A stretch of 64,000 bases of DNA from Camelus dromedarius (Eukaryota), in NCBI RefSeq assembly GCF_036321535.1, contig NC_087437.1:62498001-62562000 (forward strand), in the 5' to 3' direction. Within the stretch, counting starts at the first letter, position 1; each line of letters starts with the position of its first letter. The notes below the pieces were generated by a model, which had not been told where the DNA came from, did no database searches, and saw nothing but the letters and a program-made list of their open reading frames with translations. Position numbers and translations under genes: made by a program. Below are positions 9,532-21,348 of this stretch, in pieces.

Positions 9532-10914
9532 AAAGGAATAAAAGAAACACTTTTATGAGCTATTAATGCCCACTGTAAAGACACTGGCCATCCATCAATA
9601 GGTTAACACCAGCAGAATCAATGCAGACATAACTTTAAATTGGCTGGCCACTGTAACTTGTCATCACAGATTCTATTTCTGACCTGTGTGCTACCTGCTT
9701 TACATCTGACGATAATTCTGGATTTAGTGCTAAACGTAGGCTATTTCTACCTCTTTACTAAAAAGTCCCACTTCTCTTGTGCCCCTCTGCACCAGACCAT
9801 GCCAGTTTCCATCACTTCTCAAAGGCCCTGGGCCTGCAGAACTCTGGGCTTCATGGACCAGAGTACATCCATTCTTGGGAGACTTTCATTGCTATTGTTT
9901 GAATAAAAATCATGCTCTAAGTATGTGTATGTGTAATGTTTATGTAGATGGCTTTAGCCTCCAAAGTTGCTTTTGATTCTTGCATAATATGGCCTGTAAT
10001 TCATTTGCTTCTGCTCATTGGGACCTTTGCAAAGGTTTTCTGATTGTCCTGCAACCTTGGAGGGCTGTCAGAGTGAACTTTCGAAGATGTGAATCTGATC
10101 AGGACACTCCCTTGCTTAAGGTTTTCAGCGGTTCTCTATTGAGAGAATCAAGCTCAGAGAATCAAGCCAGGCTGCTTGTGGCTCCTCAGTCCTGCGGCTG
10201 CTGCCACCAGCTGCTCCAGCTTGGCCTCGCCTCCCCTCCCCTCCCCTCCCCTGCAGGGCACTAACACTGGCACACCTGCTGCTCCCTGAATGTCCACCTC
10301 CTCATACTTCCGTGTCTTTGCCTGTGCTGTGCCCTACACTTGAAATGCCCCTTTCCTTCAGCTGCCTAGTGAGCACCTCTGCCTCCTCTGACCAGCTTTC
10401 CCTAATTCTCCTCTTCTCCACCCGGCACTCCCGAGTAGAAGTATCTAGTCCTTCAGATCCCAACGGGCTCCTGGAACTCACTCCCCCAGGAAAGAGGTTC
10501 CACACGGTGAGTCTGTTTCCTTCTTACCCAGCACAGTGCCTGGTGCAGAATATTAAACAGTTTGTGAGACAGTAGAAAACGGGACTCTTCCAGCTTGGTC
10601 TCCAAGGGGTATGTTGATTATCTTGATGGTGGTGAAGGTTCCCAGGTCTACCAAAACTGAAATCGTATGCTTCGTGTAAGTGCAGTTTATTGTACATCAA
10701 GTGTACCACAACAAAGCTTTTTTTTTTTTTCAAGTAGGGGGTGGCCGCTCATGCAGGGGCCTCTCTGACCTTGAGGGAGGCATCCTCTGATCACAGCCCT
10801 AAGACAGGGCAGGAGCACATACGTGTCATTCTGCTGATGTCCACTTCCGCCTGAAGGCTCTCTGAGGTCAGCCTTGGGTGAAGCCGGCCGGGGATGATGG
10901 GCTGCTGCCCCGAC

Positions 10915-11070
10915 AGCAGCAGGTCTCAGCTTACATTCAAGTCACCTGAGAAGATTTAATAATCACTGATGCCTGGGTCCCATCCCAGAGCGCAGCGCTT
11001 CATTGGTCTAGGGCAGGCTTGTTAAGCTCCGCAGGTGACTCGAATGTGCAGGGGAGTTTGAGAACCACTT
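10915..11070. mobile_element. MER5A-like hAT-Charlie MITE
   Basis: ...tcacctgagaagatttaataatcactgatgcctgggtcccatccc...caggtgactcgaatgtgcag...tttgagaaccact matches the recalled MER5 layout. Confidence 0.65.
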
Positions 11071-11311
11071 GCTCCTGGCAGTCAAGCCCCAGATCACATA
11101 TCTCATCCCTTTCCCAGAGATTCTAGAAACCAAGAGTCCACTACACACAAGAAGCTTCAGAGGGCTCCGAGCCTCCTTGTGGAGGAGGAGGTCAGGCATC
11201 CAGGTGACACCAGCACCAGAAGAGCTTGAAACTTACATCTCTGGGGGCAGTTTTGCCCCACCTAACTACCCACCACCCTCTTGCCCCTTCCTAGCAGGTG
11301 GGGAAATTCCA

Positions 11312-11330
11312 TGGCCAGTAGGTGGCGCTG
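11312..11330 (+). promoter_or_regulatory. Candidate CTCF binding site between MUC13 and ITGB5
   Basis: TGGCCAGTAGGTGGCGCTG closely matches the CTCF core consensus (TGGCCASYAGRKGGCRSY). Motif only; binding not shown. Confidence 0.65.
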
Positions 11331-12024
11331 TCTCCTATGGCTTGCCAACACCGGGCTTCTGGGGGACAGCTCTTTTAAAAGGTTTGTTTGAAATCTTTCA
11401 CTTTTAAGGCAACAATTCTAAATAATTCCCCTTTGATTTCTCTTGGTCTCTTCTGTCCTCACTGTTGTGTCAGGGAAATATGAATGTTATCAGTTCACTG
11501 TTGTTGCACTATTTGCATAATTGTTACTGGATCGCTAGAGATAGTACGTTTCTTTTTAGTGGTCCAATAAAGATTAGTATTGAAGTCATGTTAATGTCAT
11601 CTTAATGGTGTGTATAGTTTGGTAGAATTATTCAGGTAACATTTTATTTAATGGTTTTCCAAAATAAAAAAGGAGATATATCCATTTTCATGGAACAATT
11701 CTTCATTTTAAATTAAAAAAAAAAAATGCCACCAGTGAGAGGTTTCTGTCTTTCATCAGTTTTTATGAGGTGAGCAAGGTGTAGCTGGGCTTTTAGAGAA
11801 TGAGGTCAAGAAGAACCCTGGGGCACAGTGTGGGGATCTTCTCTTCAACCTCCAAGTTGTGACGTGTGTTCTTTTATTCAAAGACAGAACCTTGGAGGAG
11901 ACCATCAAAGGCTTCATAATTCCTATAGGCTCAATAATATTTTGTTGAGCCCACAATCATGACATGTGCTCTAATAAAAGGTTTCTCTCCTGCTCCTAGA
12001 TGAGAGCACCAGTTTGACAAACAA

Positions 12025-12310
12025 CAATAATAATCACAGTAATATAGCATGGAATATTTAATGCATGCCAGGCACAATTCCTAGTGCTTTACATATATTA
12101 CATATGCTTTAATGTGTTGCATATGCTTTACATATATTTACATATATTAACCCTTTTCCGTTCTCACAGTCATGAAGTAGATGCTATTATTATCCTTGTT
12201 CAACAGTTGGGGAAACAGAGGTAAGAAATTTGCTCAAAGTCCCATAGGTAGTAAGCAATACAGCTGGGATTCGAACCCATGCAGTCTGACCCCAGAGCCT
12301 ACGTCTCTGG
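12025..12310 (-). mobile_element. MIR SINE
   Basis: Antisense MIR core: gggaaacagaggtaagaaatttgctcaaagtc...ctgggattcgaacccatgcagtctgac. Confidence 0.75.
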
Positions 12311-15300
12311 CATTTAATGCCAAAATATTGACATATGTAGGATATTTCAGTGGTCAGTAGAGACAATGAGACATACATTTGAAACTGAGAGTGTCCTATA
12401 TTGACTAGGCCTGGTGCCGGACACAAACAGAGCTTCCTGGAGCTTGTAGGTTTACGGGTCTTTATTACCAAAAGTGAAACATTTTGTCTTTATGCAATTG
12501 TTCAAATTTCAGAAAGTATTCTCTCCATTGAAGTAAATCAGCTAAAATCATCTGCAAAATGCCTGCTGTGTATGACTGCCACCTGCAGCTCTGGCTTCCT
12601 CTGTTTGGGGTCAGGGCACGGTTCCAGCTTCTCTCTCTCTAGTGAGAAGTCGCTCCATTCTCGAATCTTTGAGGCTTCTTTCCATTTGCTGGAAACAATA
12701 ACCTCCTGACAGAGTCCAGGCTGGAAGTGACCCCCCCCCCCCCCCCGTTGGGCTGACATCCTCATTCCCCCTTAATACTACCTTTATCAGCCAGCCCTTC
12801 TCTGCTCCTGAGCTTCCGGAGAAAAGCCCTCTGTCTCATTTCTCTGGTATGTAGAAGGTCCTCAAAAAAATTCACTGAATGATAGAAAGAAGGCCCTATT
12901 TCAATGAAGTAACATCCTAGAGCAAAAAATAATCTGGATTATGGAAGCAAATCAATAGAATTAGGGCAAAACAAGAGAAGTCTCTGGATTATAATGGAGT
13001 CGATTGTCCAAATGTCTATTTGCATTGACACTTTTGAAGTATGTTTTTTAAAAAGGCTTAGGCCACAACAGAAAGACTCTCTTACCCAGCCCTGACTAAG
13101 CGTCTTTTCCATTTTCTTGAAAAGAGTTAACTTATATAATATCTTCAAAATGGTACATAATTCTCATTCTGTAATAGAACATCTATATTTTAACTAATCT
13201 TTTAAATGTTTCCATTATTATTCTAAGTCTCAAACTTTCAGAAAACACACACACACCTCAAAAGTGTCAATACAAATAAACTTTTGGACAGTGGACCCCC
13301 TTATAATCCAGAGACGTCTATTCTTGCTCCTGGGTGTTCCTGATGAGCCCTCTGCTCTCCTCTAAGTGGTGATCCAGGCTCCCTCTTGCTATGATTTCCT
13401 CACTAGGAACATGTTTCTCAAGGTCACACTGCACTCATCTGCATCAATCTAGTGGAAGAGGAAAGAGTGCGGAGGACCATGCAAGAGAGATTTTTTTGGG
13501 GGTCACGTCTGGTGTTAATACATCTCCTTTCTCCCCACATCACATTGGCTTAGAGCTCAGTCATATAACCACACCTAACACACCAGGGGAGGCAGAGGAA
13601 TAAAGCAGAGCTATATGTCCAGGAAGATGAAGAAATGGGTGCTCTGTGAACAGCTATCCCGTCTCTCTCTCTCCCTCCTTTTACCTTACAGCATTTTCTC
13701 ATCATTCAAGATTCTGCATAAATACCACTATTCCATCCCTAACCTAGAACAGTATCTGGCACAGAGTATACACTCCGTAAATATTTGTTAAATAAATGAG
13801 TCATGCCACAAATACTCTTTAAGTGCCTATTCTCTTAATTCTCAGTTAAGTCAGAGAGTCAGTCACAACGTAAGTAAGTAATTTCGAATTCAGCTCATGT
13901 GATGGAGCAAGGACCAAGCCCTTTGAGAACAAGGAGGAAAAGAGTCTGTGAACATCAGCTCTGGAAGGCTTGAGCTGGGTATGGAAAGATGAGTCAGTTT
14001 ACCAACTGGAAAGATCAGGGATAGGGCCTTCTAAGGAGAAGAAACACGGTGTGCAAAGGTGAGAATGTGTTTGTGAGGGTGGGGGTCGGGGCCAGGCTGT
14101 GATGGGCCTCGTGTGTTGCATAATCATCTGATTTCCTGGTCTACTGACCTTTCAATTACACCAAGTGTGTGCCTGCCTGCTTTTTCTGATGAGAAGGCTG
14201 AACAACTAAACTTGGTAAGGCATTTACTCAAGTCCTGTCTTCTTGCATGGAGAAACTTGCAGTGCCCTCCCTGGTCTCTTTGGAGGGAGGGAGCCCAGCT
14301 GGCTCAAGTTATAACTTGTGGGCATCCTGCCTTGGGCCTGGCTGGGCTTTGTCCTTCGGCTGCATTTGGAAAACAGTGATTCGCATGGCTTGCAAATCTC
14401 CACAGCTAACTACACTTCAGCTTATTGACCTGAGGGTAAAAGGCCCTGTGTTTGCTGTTAATTGTGGTCTGGGGATGAGGATAGCTATAAAGCATGGAGC
14501 TCCTTGTAATGAAAGGCCCGCTGTGACCCCGGATGGCCCCCCTGTGTAATATGACTTGGAAGACTAGTGGGTCAAAACTCTCTCCCTGAGAAATCATGTG
14601 GGTCCACCTCCCAATTCAGGAAGCACATGACTATGCAATGAACATTCAATGAATGCCTGTGTGACAGGTATTTCCAGATGTATTTGCTGATTTATGTAAA
14701 TATTTCCTGCATATAAATATGTTCTGAAATAATCACAGATAAGACCCACTGTTAGGTGGGATTGCACTTCAGAAAATTTGAAGCTGTATTTCTTTTAAGT
14801 ACAAATTATATTAAGACTATGTCATAGTCACAGTGAAGATCAAAATTTCCATTCGAAATGAGGCAGCTGTGGTAGAACAGAAAGGACAGTGGACCTTGGA
14901 GTCAGGAGATGTTGACTCTAAGCTTGTTATTACTTCTCTAAGCGTCAGAGTCCAAATGGGAAGAGTGGGGTATGTTTTATAGCAATGATTGATACTGTAA
15001 CTACCTGATCGAACTACAAATACCTGCTGGGCACCATTCTTTGGGCCATTCTGAGTGTCGTGGCTTTTTGAACGGGCTTGTCTTTGTGAGGAACCTGGAG
15101 ACTATACCCCTGGAGTTATTACAAAATATAATGGCTTCTAAGACAGGGAGGCACCTATGCCTGTGCAACAGAGACCTTATCTCCTTGCACCTGAGATGAC
15201 TGCTATGCAAGACTGGACTAGGGCACCCATGAGACGAACTCTTGATGCTGCCATGCTGGTCAATTGTGGTTCCTCCCTACATCTTTCTGACTAAAGCCAA

Positions 15301-17730
15301 GTGTGGCCTCTGGAAGGCTCATGAGTCTGAATATTTAGTTGAACTTAGGAGGAACCACTGGTGGGCACTGCAGGCATCATGTTTCATTTTATGGCCTCTG
15401 AAATGTTAGAGCAGACAATGACCTATCTCCACGGAGGCTGAGGAAGAGGAAGCTACCAAAGAAGGAACTTGGGTTACACAGAATGAAGAACCTACTGTGA
15501 CTGATGATTAAATAATCAGAGCAGATTAGCCGGGGAGCTGATGGAGGCTCCTTGGAACATCCCTCAAAGAAGTGAAGTGCTCATTTTCAGAGTCCGTTCT
15601 CAGGCCCTCACGATCTTCCCATGAAGAGAAAGTGTTCGACCAGGTCCTGCAACCTGTTAAAAGGCGGTGGTTTTCTGAAGGACAGTTTTTAGTTGGTAGA
15701 ACAGGTTATGTAAACCAGAGCCTACTGCCAAGTGCCAAACACATCTGACTTCACAGGTAATAATTACAGAGCCAGCTCTGGCATGGACTGGATCTTTTGC
15801 TTTCCAAGTGAGCAAGCTGAGACTGAGAAAGGGGCAGGCAATTGCATGGTTGCTCAGCTAGTTGATGGCACTGAGGAACGGGACTGAATTCTTCTGATTC
15901 CGAGCCCAGATTTATAGTTTTCCTCCGTTAGCAATTAAATATGAAGAGCTATATTCTATGAAAGGGGCAGTAGCCCCTGTCCACAGGCCAAAGTTGGGTC
16001 CCAAGCTAGAGGCTTGATGCCTTCTTGCAGGGCTGTTGGCCCTTGACTTCTGCAGACCTGGTCCTTGAGCAGCTGCACAGACTCCACCCCCACTGCAGCC
16101 CCAAACCTGGCCCCTAGAAAGGGGTAGGGGGTCGAGGCTTGTCATACCTTTTGAAAAGCTGCTGAGTGCCTAGCTAAGCATTATCTTCAGGACCACTGAT
16201 AGCAAGAAGACAAGGCAGAAGAGAAAGGCAAGAAAGAAGTCGGGGGTGGCAAGGACAAAAGTGTGGGTGAAAAGGAGGATTAAAAAAATGGTACTCAAGT
16301 GGCCGAGGCAGAATGCTGGCTCAGCTTTACAGCACATTCCCAAGGTACCTGCTCATTCCTTCCAGTCTTCAGCTATCTCCTCCTTGCCCATGTTTGTGGT
16401 GTTTACTGCCCTCTGTCCATCCCCCCTTTCTGTGGCATTTCTCCCCAGGCCACATCTGCATGGATCATATCAGTCCTGTGCCCCTTCCCCATTCCCTTCT
16501 CACTCCTTTTTCCCTGACATTTACTCCAGAAGTCTCTAGACATGTTTAATTTAAAAGGGGGATGTGTGTGTGTATGTGTGTGTGTGTGTACTTGTCCTCA
16601 TTCATTGTAGTTTTCATTTAAATAACTAGAAAAGAGTTTGTGTTCTTTAGGTGGTATGAGATAACTTCTAGAAAAAGAAACAAATTGTGATGGCTTTGCT
16701 AAATTGGAAAAGGGGCATTTAGAGAAAGACTCCAGCAGTCTCCTCTGGGTCTAAGCTCTGCAGACAATTTTAAAGAAAAGTGTTCTAAAAAAGGAAACAG
16801 ACACGCCAAAATTAATTGAAAACTATCACAACTTTTACTGTAATTTTATTAATGGATATTGTTTTAAAATATTTCAGTTCATGAAGGCTGGAAAACATAC
16901 ATTCTCTCTGGAATATGTAATTTTAAAAATATGTTCAAAACTAATCTTTGAAAAATTGCTATCAGAAAGATATAGTAATGAATGAGCCCTTTCAGAATTG
17001 ATAATTCTATGAACAGAGAGGTTGAAGACACATGACTTCTTTATCAAGGATGTGCTAGCTGCTCTGTAAATAAGTTTGAATGTGCTTCTCAACAGCTTCA
17101 GAGGAATGTGGCATTTCTGTGATTTACAACTACATTGGTATATCAAAAGCAACAATGAACAGAAACACCTTTCCTTGTTGAAAATTTCCATCAAGATGTT
17201 TTCTGTATTCCATTTCTCAATATGAAATTCTACCCATCTCAGTCTTGGCATAACCGCAGTGTGCATGCTTAACTCCAAATAAACCACCAATTCTTACTGA
17301 AGGATCTACTATATGCCAGTTCACCTAGTAGGCTATTTTCACCAAAATGGAACCTGGTATGCTCACTCTGGCCTGTCATCTGCCTCTCTCCTTGTTTGTC
17401 CTTTATCTGCACCATGCCTTTAGATCTGTCCTTGGCAGTCCCAGATGGGCAGCAAACCTCTGAGGGCTGGCATGGGGATTATGGTTTCCTAACCGGGACC
17501 GAGTACTGTAGGGAGACAAAAACCTATATAGAACATTTTCCTATAAAAAGGAATATAATTTGGTATTTTTAAAATGACAACTTAATATTAACCTTAAAGA
17601 AAAGTTTATACATGTTTCATTGCCCCATCAATTGCTGCAAACATTTTTTGTAATATTCTGTCACTGGAATCATTCATTCTTTCCACTGTGACAATACCAG
17701 AAATTACTATTAAAAGTAAAGTAAATGAAG

Positions 17731-17885
17731 GGGGAGGGTATAGCTCAAGTGGAAGAGCACATGCTTAACATGCATGAGGTCCTGGGTTCAATCCCTAATA
17801 CCTCCTCTAAAAAGAAATAAGCCTAATTACCTCCCCTCCCCCCACCTGCCAAAATAAAATAATAAATAAAATATTTTAAAAAACA
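17731..17885 (+). mobile_element. Full-length tRNA-derived SINE (camelid vic-1-like)
   Basis: Starts GGGGAGGGTATAGCTCAAGTGG (A box); GGTTCAATCCC (B box); A-rich tail; perfect 19-bp TSD aaaagtaaagtaaatgaag at 17712-17730 and 17886-17904. Confidence 0.93.
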
Positions 17886-18120
17886 AAAAGTAAAGTAAAT
17901 GAAGCATATTACCCAAACTCAGGTGACTACTGTAGGCTTGTTGTCTTTTGCTGCTCCAACTTTCTTCCCTGCATATTAAATGGCAACTGTTTATCAGTAA
18001 AATATTTTTGACCTGGATTATAAATTGAATTGCACAATATGACAACTCTGTGGGAGAGAGTTAGCATGTAAATCTGAATTGTGAAATAGGAAACTTAACT
18101 AATCTGATTTCAGGCAGTTT

Positions 18121-18706
18121 AAAAAAAAATTATGGTAAAATATACATAACATAAAATTGATCATTTTAGTCATTTTTAAGTGTACATTCACTGGCCTTAA
18201 GTATATTTACAATGTTGTGCAACCATCACCATGATCCATTTCCAGAACTTTTCCATTATCCCAAACTGAAACTCTGTGCCCATTAATTAATAACTCCCCA
18301 TGACCTCTCTCTAGCCCCTGGAAACCTCTGTTATACTCTTTGACTCTATGAATTTGCTTATTCTAGGTCCCACATATAAGTAGAATCATACAGTACTTTT
18401 TCTTTTGTGTCTCACTAATTTACCTAGCTTAATGTTTTCAAGGTGCATCTGTGTTGTAACACATATCAGTATTTAATTCCTTTTTAAGGCGAATAATCCA
18501 TTGTATGTCGATACTACATTTTATTTATCCATTCATCTGTTGATGGATGTTTGAGTTGTTTCCACCTTTCAGCGATTGTGAATAATGCCATTATGAACAT
18601 GGGCGTACAAGTATCTGTCTGAGGCCCTGCTTTCAATTTTTTGGGGACTTGAGAGTTCGAGTTGCTGGATCAAATGTTAATTCTATATTTAACTTTTTGA
18701 GGAACT
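18121..18706 (-). mobile_element. Old LINE-1 3' end (L1M-type)
   Basis: Antisense L1 3' UTR and ORF2-end hallmarks: acaatgttgtgcaaccatcacc, tccattcatctgttgatgga, aactttttgaggaact. Confidence 0.85.
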
Positions 18707-21158
18707 AATCTTATTTTTAAAGTAATAAGAAACATAAAATTTCTCTGGGTTATTCATGCTCAAGCCTTGAGACTCAAACTCAATCCAACCAGCAGCCTCC
18801 TTTGGGCCCAGAAGCTCAGAAAGGATCAGAAATAAGGCGTTCCTGAGGCAGCCACAAAGGTTGTTTCAGGAAGTACTGCCTTGTCTCTCTCCTGAGGGGG
18901 ACCCCCCAAATTTGCTTATCAGAGGAAGGCAAAGCATTTAAAGGGCACTTCCACCCTCCAGCTTAATAAAAGGAAGGGAGGATGCTTGGGTAAGAAAAAG
19001 CTACAAACCAGAAAGCAAAGGCTTGGGAGGAATTAGAAGAGGCATCTCCAAACCAGTTCTGAGATAATGGAGCATAAAAGAATGTTGTCATCACTTGGGA
19101 TTCAGCGGTTTACGGCAGGTCTGGGCAGGTTGGGAACCACGAGGTGGGACAGGAGGAAGGCAGATTTGACTGCAGTGTACTTTCCAGGTGCAGTCCAGGT
19201 AAACAGGGGTCTGTGTTGGGTCTGAATAGTGAAGCACAATGCTGGAGTGGGGAAGGTGATGCACAGATCAGACGCCACAGGGCCTAAACTTAAAGGATGC
19301 TCGATAAATGCAAGCTGCTATTGTACATGTCAATGCAATATTTACCTAGTTTCTGCAACTTAACTTTCCTTCCATCTAATCCATCCTTCACATCCCTACC
19401 AGACAAATCTTTTAAAATCACCACTCAGCACATAACAGCTCCCAGTTCAAACTCTTTCACTGGCTGCCCATTATTTATAATCATTGCCTCTCAAGCATGG
19501 ATAAGAGTAGCCCCAAGGTCACTCCAGTGAGGCAGAAAGACCCAAGATAAACCTGGGGCAGCCTCTGCAGCACCAATTTTACTGGAAAATGTTTAGGGAC
19601 AAGAATGACTCTTACATTAGAACAAACATGGGAGTATTTAGAGTATGATGATATTTGCATGTAGTCTAAGGATGAAACACTGGCCTTCAAGTGGAATTTG
19701 GAGCTTGGCCTCTGTGTACACTATACCACAAGAGTATGTTTACTTCCTCTGGCATCAGGCACTGCCTTGGTAGAGTCACGAGTGGAGGTGTACAATTAAA
19801 GATTAAACTCCAAATTCCCTAATCTGAGTGGTTAGAACTTTCCCCTGCCTGCCTCCTGGGAGCCATCTATCCAACTGCTTCCTGATTTACAAAAGTCAGA
19901 TCACTTTGCTCTTTACTCCTTATTGCTTCTGCTTTCAGTAAAGGCACTCTAGACTTCTGGACAATGCATCCAGCTCCTGCATTTCTGCAAGTTAAGCCTT
20001 TTGTGCCTCAGTTTTCTTATCTGGATAACAGGAGAGTTGTGGGGAGGATTACGGGAGTTAAGGCAGTATTTTTACATTACAGTGCCTGGCTAGCAGTATG
20101 CTTTTTGTTCATGTTGGGCATCCTATTATTATTTCCTTCTACATGGAAGCCGCCTCCTCTCTTCTTGCCTATAAACTATTTCAGTCTTAACCCATTCAAC
20201 CTGGCCCAGCCTAATCCCACCTGGTCCTTTGCACGTGCTGTCACGGGAAGCTCCCCACACCCACTCTTAACTGGCAACTTCAGAACCGGCTCAGATGTAA
20301 AGGATAAGGTGAAAGCCTGAACATCTGTTTTTTTAGTTTATCAGTTTGACTTCACGGAAACCGCCAGTGTATCGAGATAAGGAAAACGCAGAATAGCGAC
20401 ATACTGGCTAGTCTCGAATCCGCGAAAGGAGCAAAATTTACTGAGGTTAACGTGGGTTTTCTGTGTGCCTCCACGCCCCACGTGCCCTCTCTTCCCCACG
20501 GAGCGCGTCGCCTCGCAGTGACATGAGAGGGGCCTCCACCCCTTGGGCGAGCGCGGCTTTAGGAGGACGAGATGGCCACCGCATGATTCCCCCTCCCCGA
20601 ACCCCACTCCTGAAGTCTAGAAACCCCAAGTAAGCTCGTCTTGCCTGTGGAGCGTGCCCCGCCCCCTTCCAGTATGGCCCAGCTGCTAGGAAAGCCCAGC
20701 CAGGCCCTACCCCGAGATTTTGATCACCGTCCCCGCCCCTAGGTGCGCCGGAAGCGACTTCCACCTGGACGCCCTCGGCCTCCGGTCCCGGGCCCGCCGC
20801 CGCGCGGGGCGGAGATCGCCCCGCCCCGCCTCGCCGTAAACTGACCGTGTGGCAGCCGGGCGGGGGCCGGGAAGGGGAAAGAAGGGGAGGAGTAAGGAGA
20901 GGAGGAAAGTAGAGTCTGGCGGGCCGGAGGGAGGAAGGGAAGGGGCGGAGGCGACTGCAGAGTGTGGCGGCGTGTTGGGGAGCCTCAGCGCGGACAGCGT
21001 CCCGGAGCCGAAGTCGCGGCCGCTGCTCAGAAGCCAGCCGTCCCCTCTGCCCGGAGCCGCCCGCCGGGGCTGTCCCTAGCGGCGACACCCCGAGCGTCCT
21101 GGCCGGCGAGTCGGCGCAGCGGCGGCCCGGGGACTCGGCGGCGAGCGCTGCGGGAGGG

Positions 21159-21263
21159 ATGGTGGCGGCGGGGCGCGGGCCAGCGCAGCTGCCCCCGCCT
21201 CCCGCCCGGCCGCGGTCCCCGGCCCTCCGCCCCCGCGCCGTCCGCCGCTCGCGCCGCCGCTGA
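21159..21263 (+). promoter_or_regulatory. Upstream ORF (34 aa) in the putative ITGB5 5' leader
   Basis: gggATGg at 21159 (G at -3, G at +4) gives MVAAGRGPAQLPPPPARPRSPALRPRAVRRSRRR-TGA, ending 15 nt before the main ATG. Requires a TSS upstream of 21159. Confidence 0.5.
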
Positions 21264-21278
21264 GCTGGGCGCCCCACC

Positions 21279-21348
21279 ATGCCGCGGGCCCCCGCTCCCC
21301 TGTACGCCTGCCTCCTCGGGCTCTGCGCGCTCGTGCCCCGGCTCTCAG
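21279..21348 (+). CDS. ITGB5: Integrin beta-5 coding exon 1 (signal peptide)
   Basis: cccaccATG start. Encodes [23 protein letters not shown](G), the ITGB5 signal peptide. GTAAGC donor at 21349; 70 nt. Confidence 0.97.

Noticed and set aside
17731..17805. tRNA gene
   Set aside because: The A/B boxes belong to a SINE head: it has a SINE body, A-rich tail, TSD and several diverged copies in the window.
18760..19260. Possible additional LTR remnant
   Set aside because: No clear TG...CA termini or TSD identified by eye; needs RepeatMasker.
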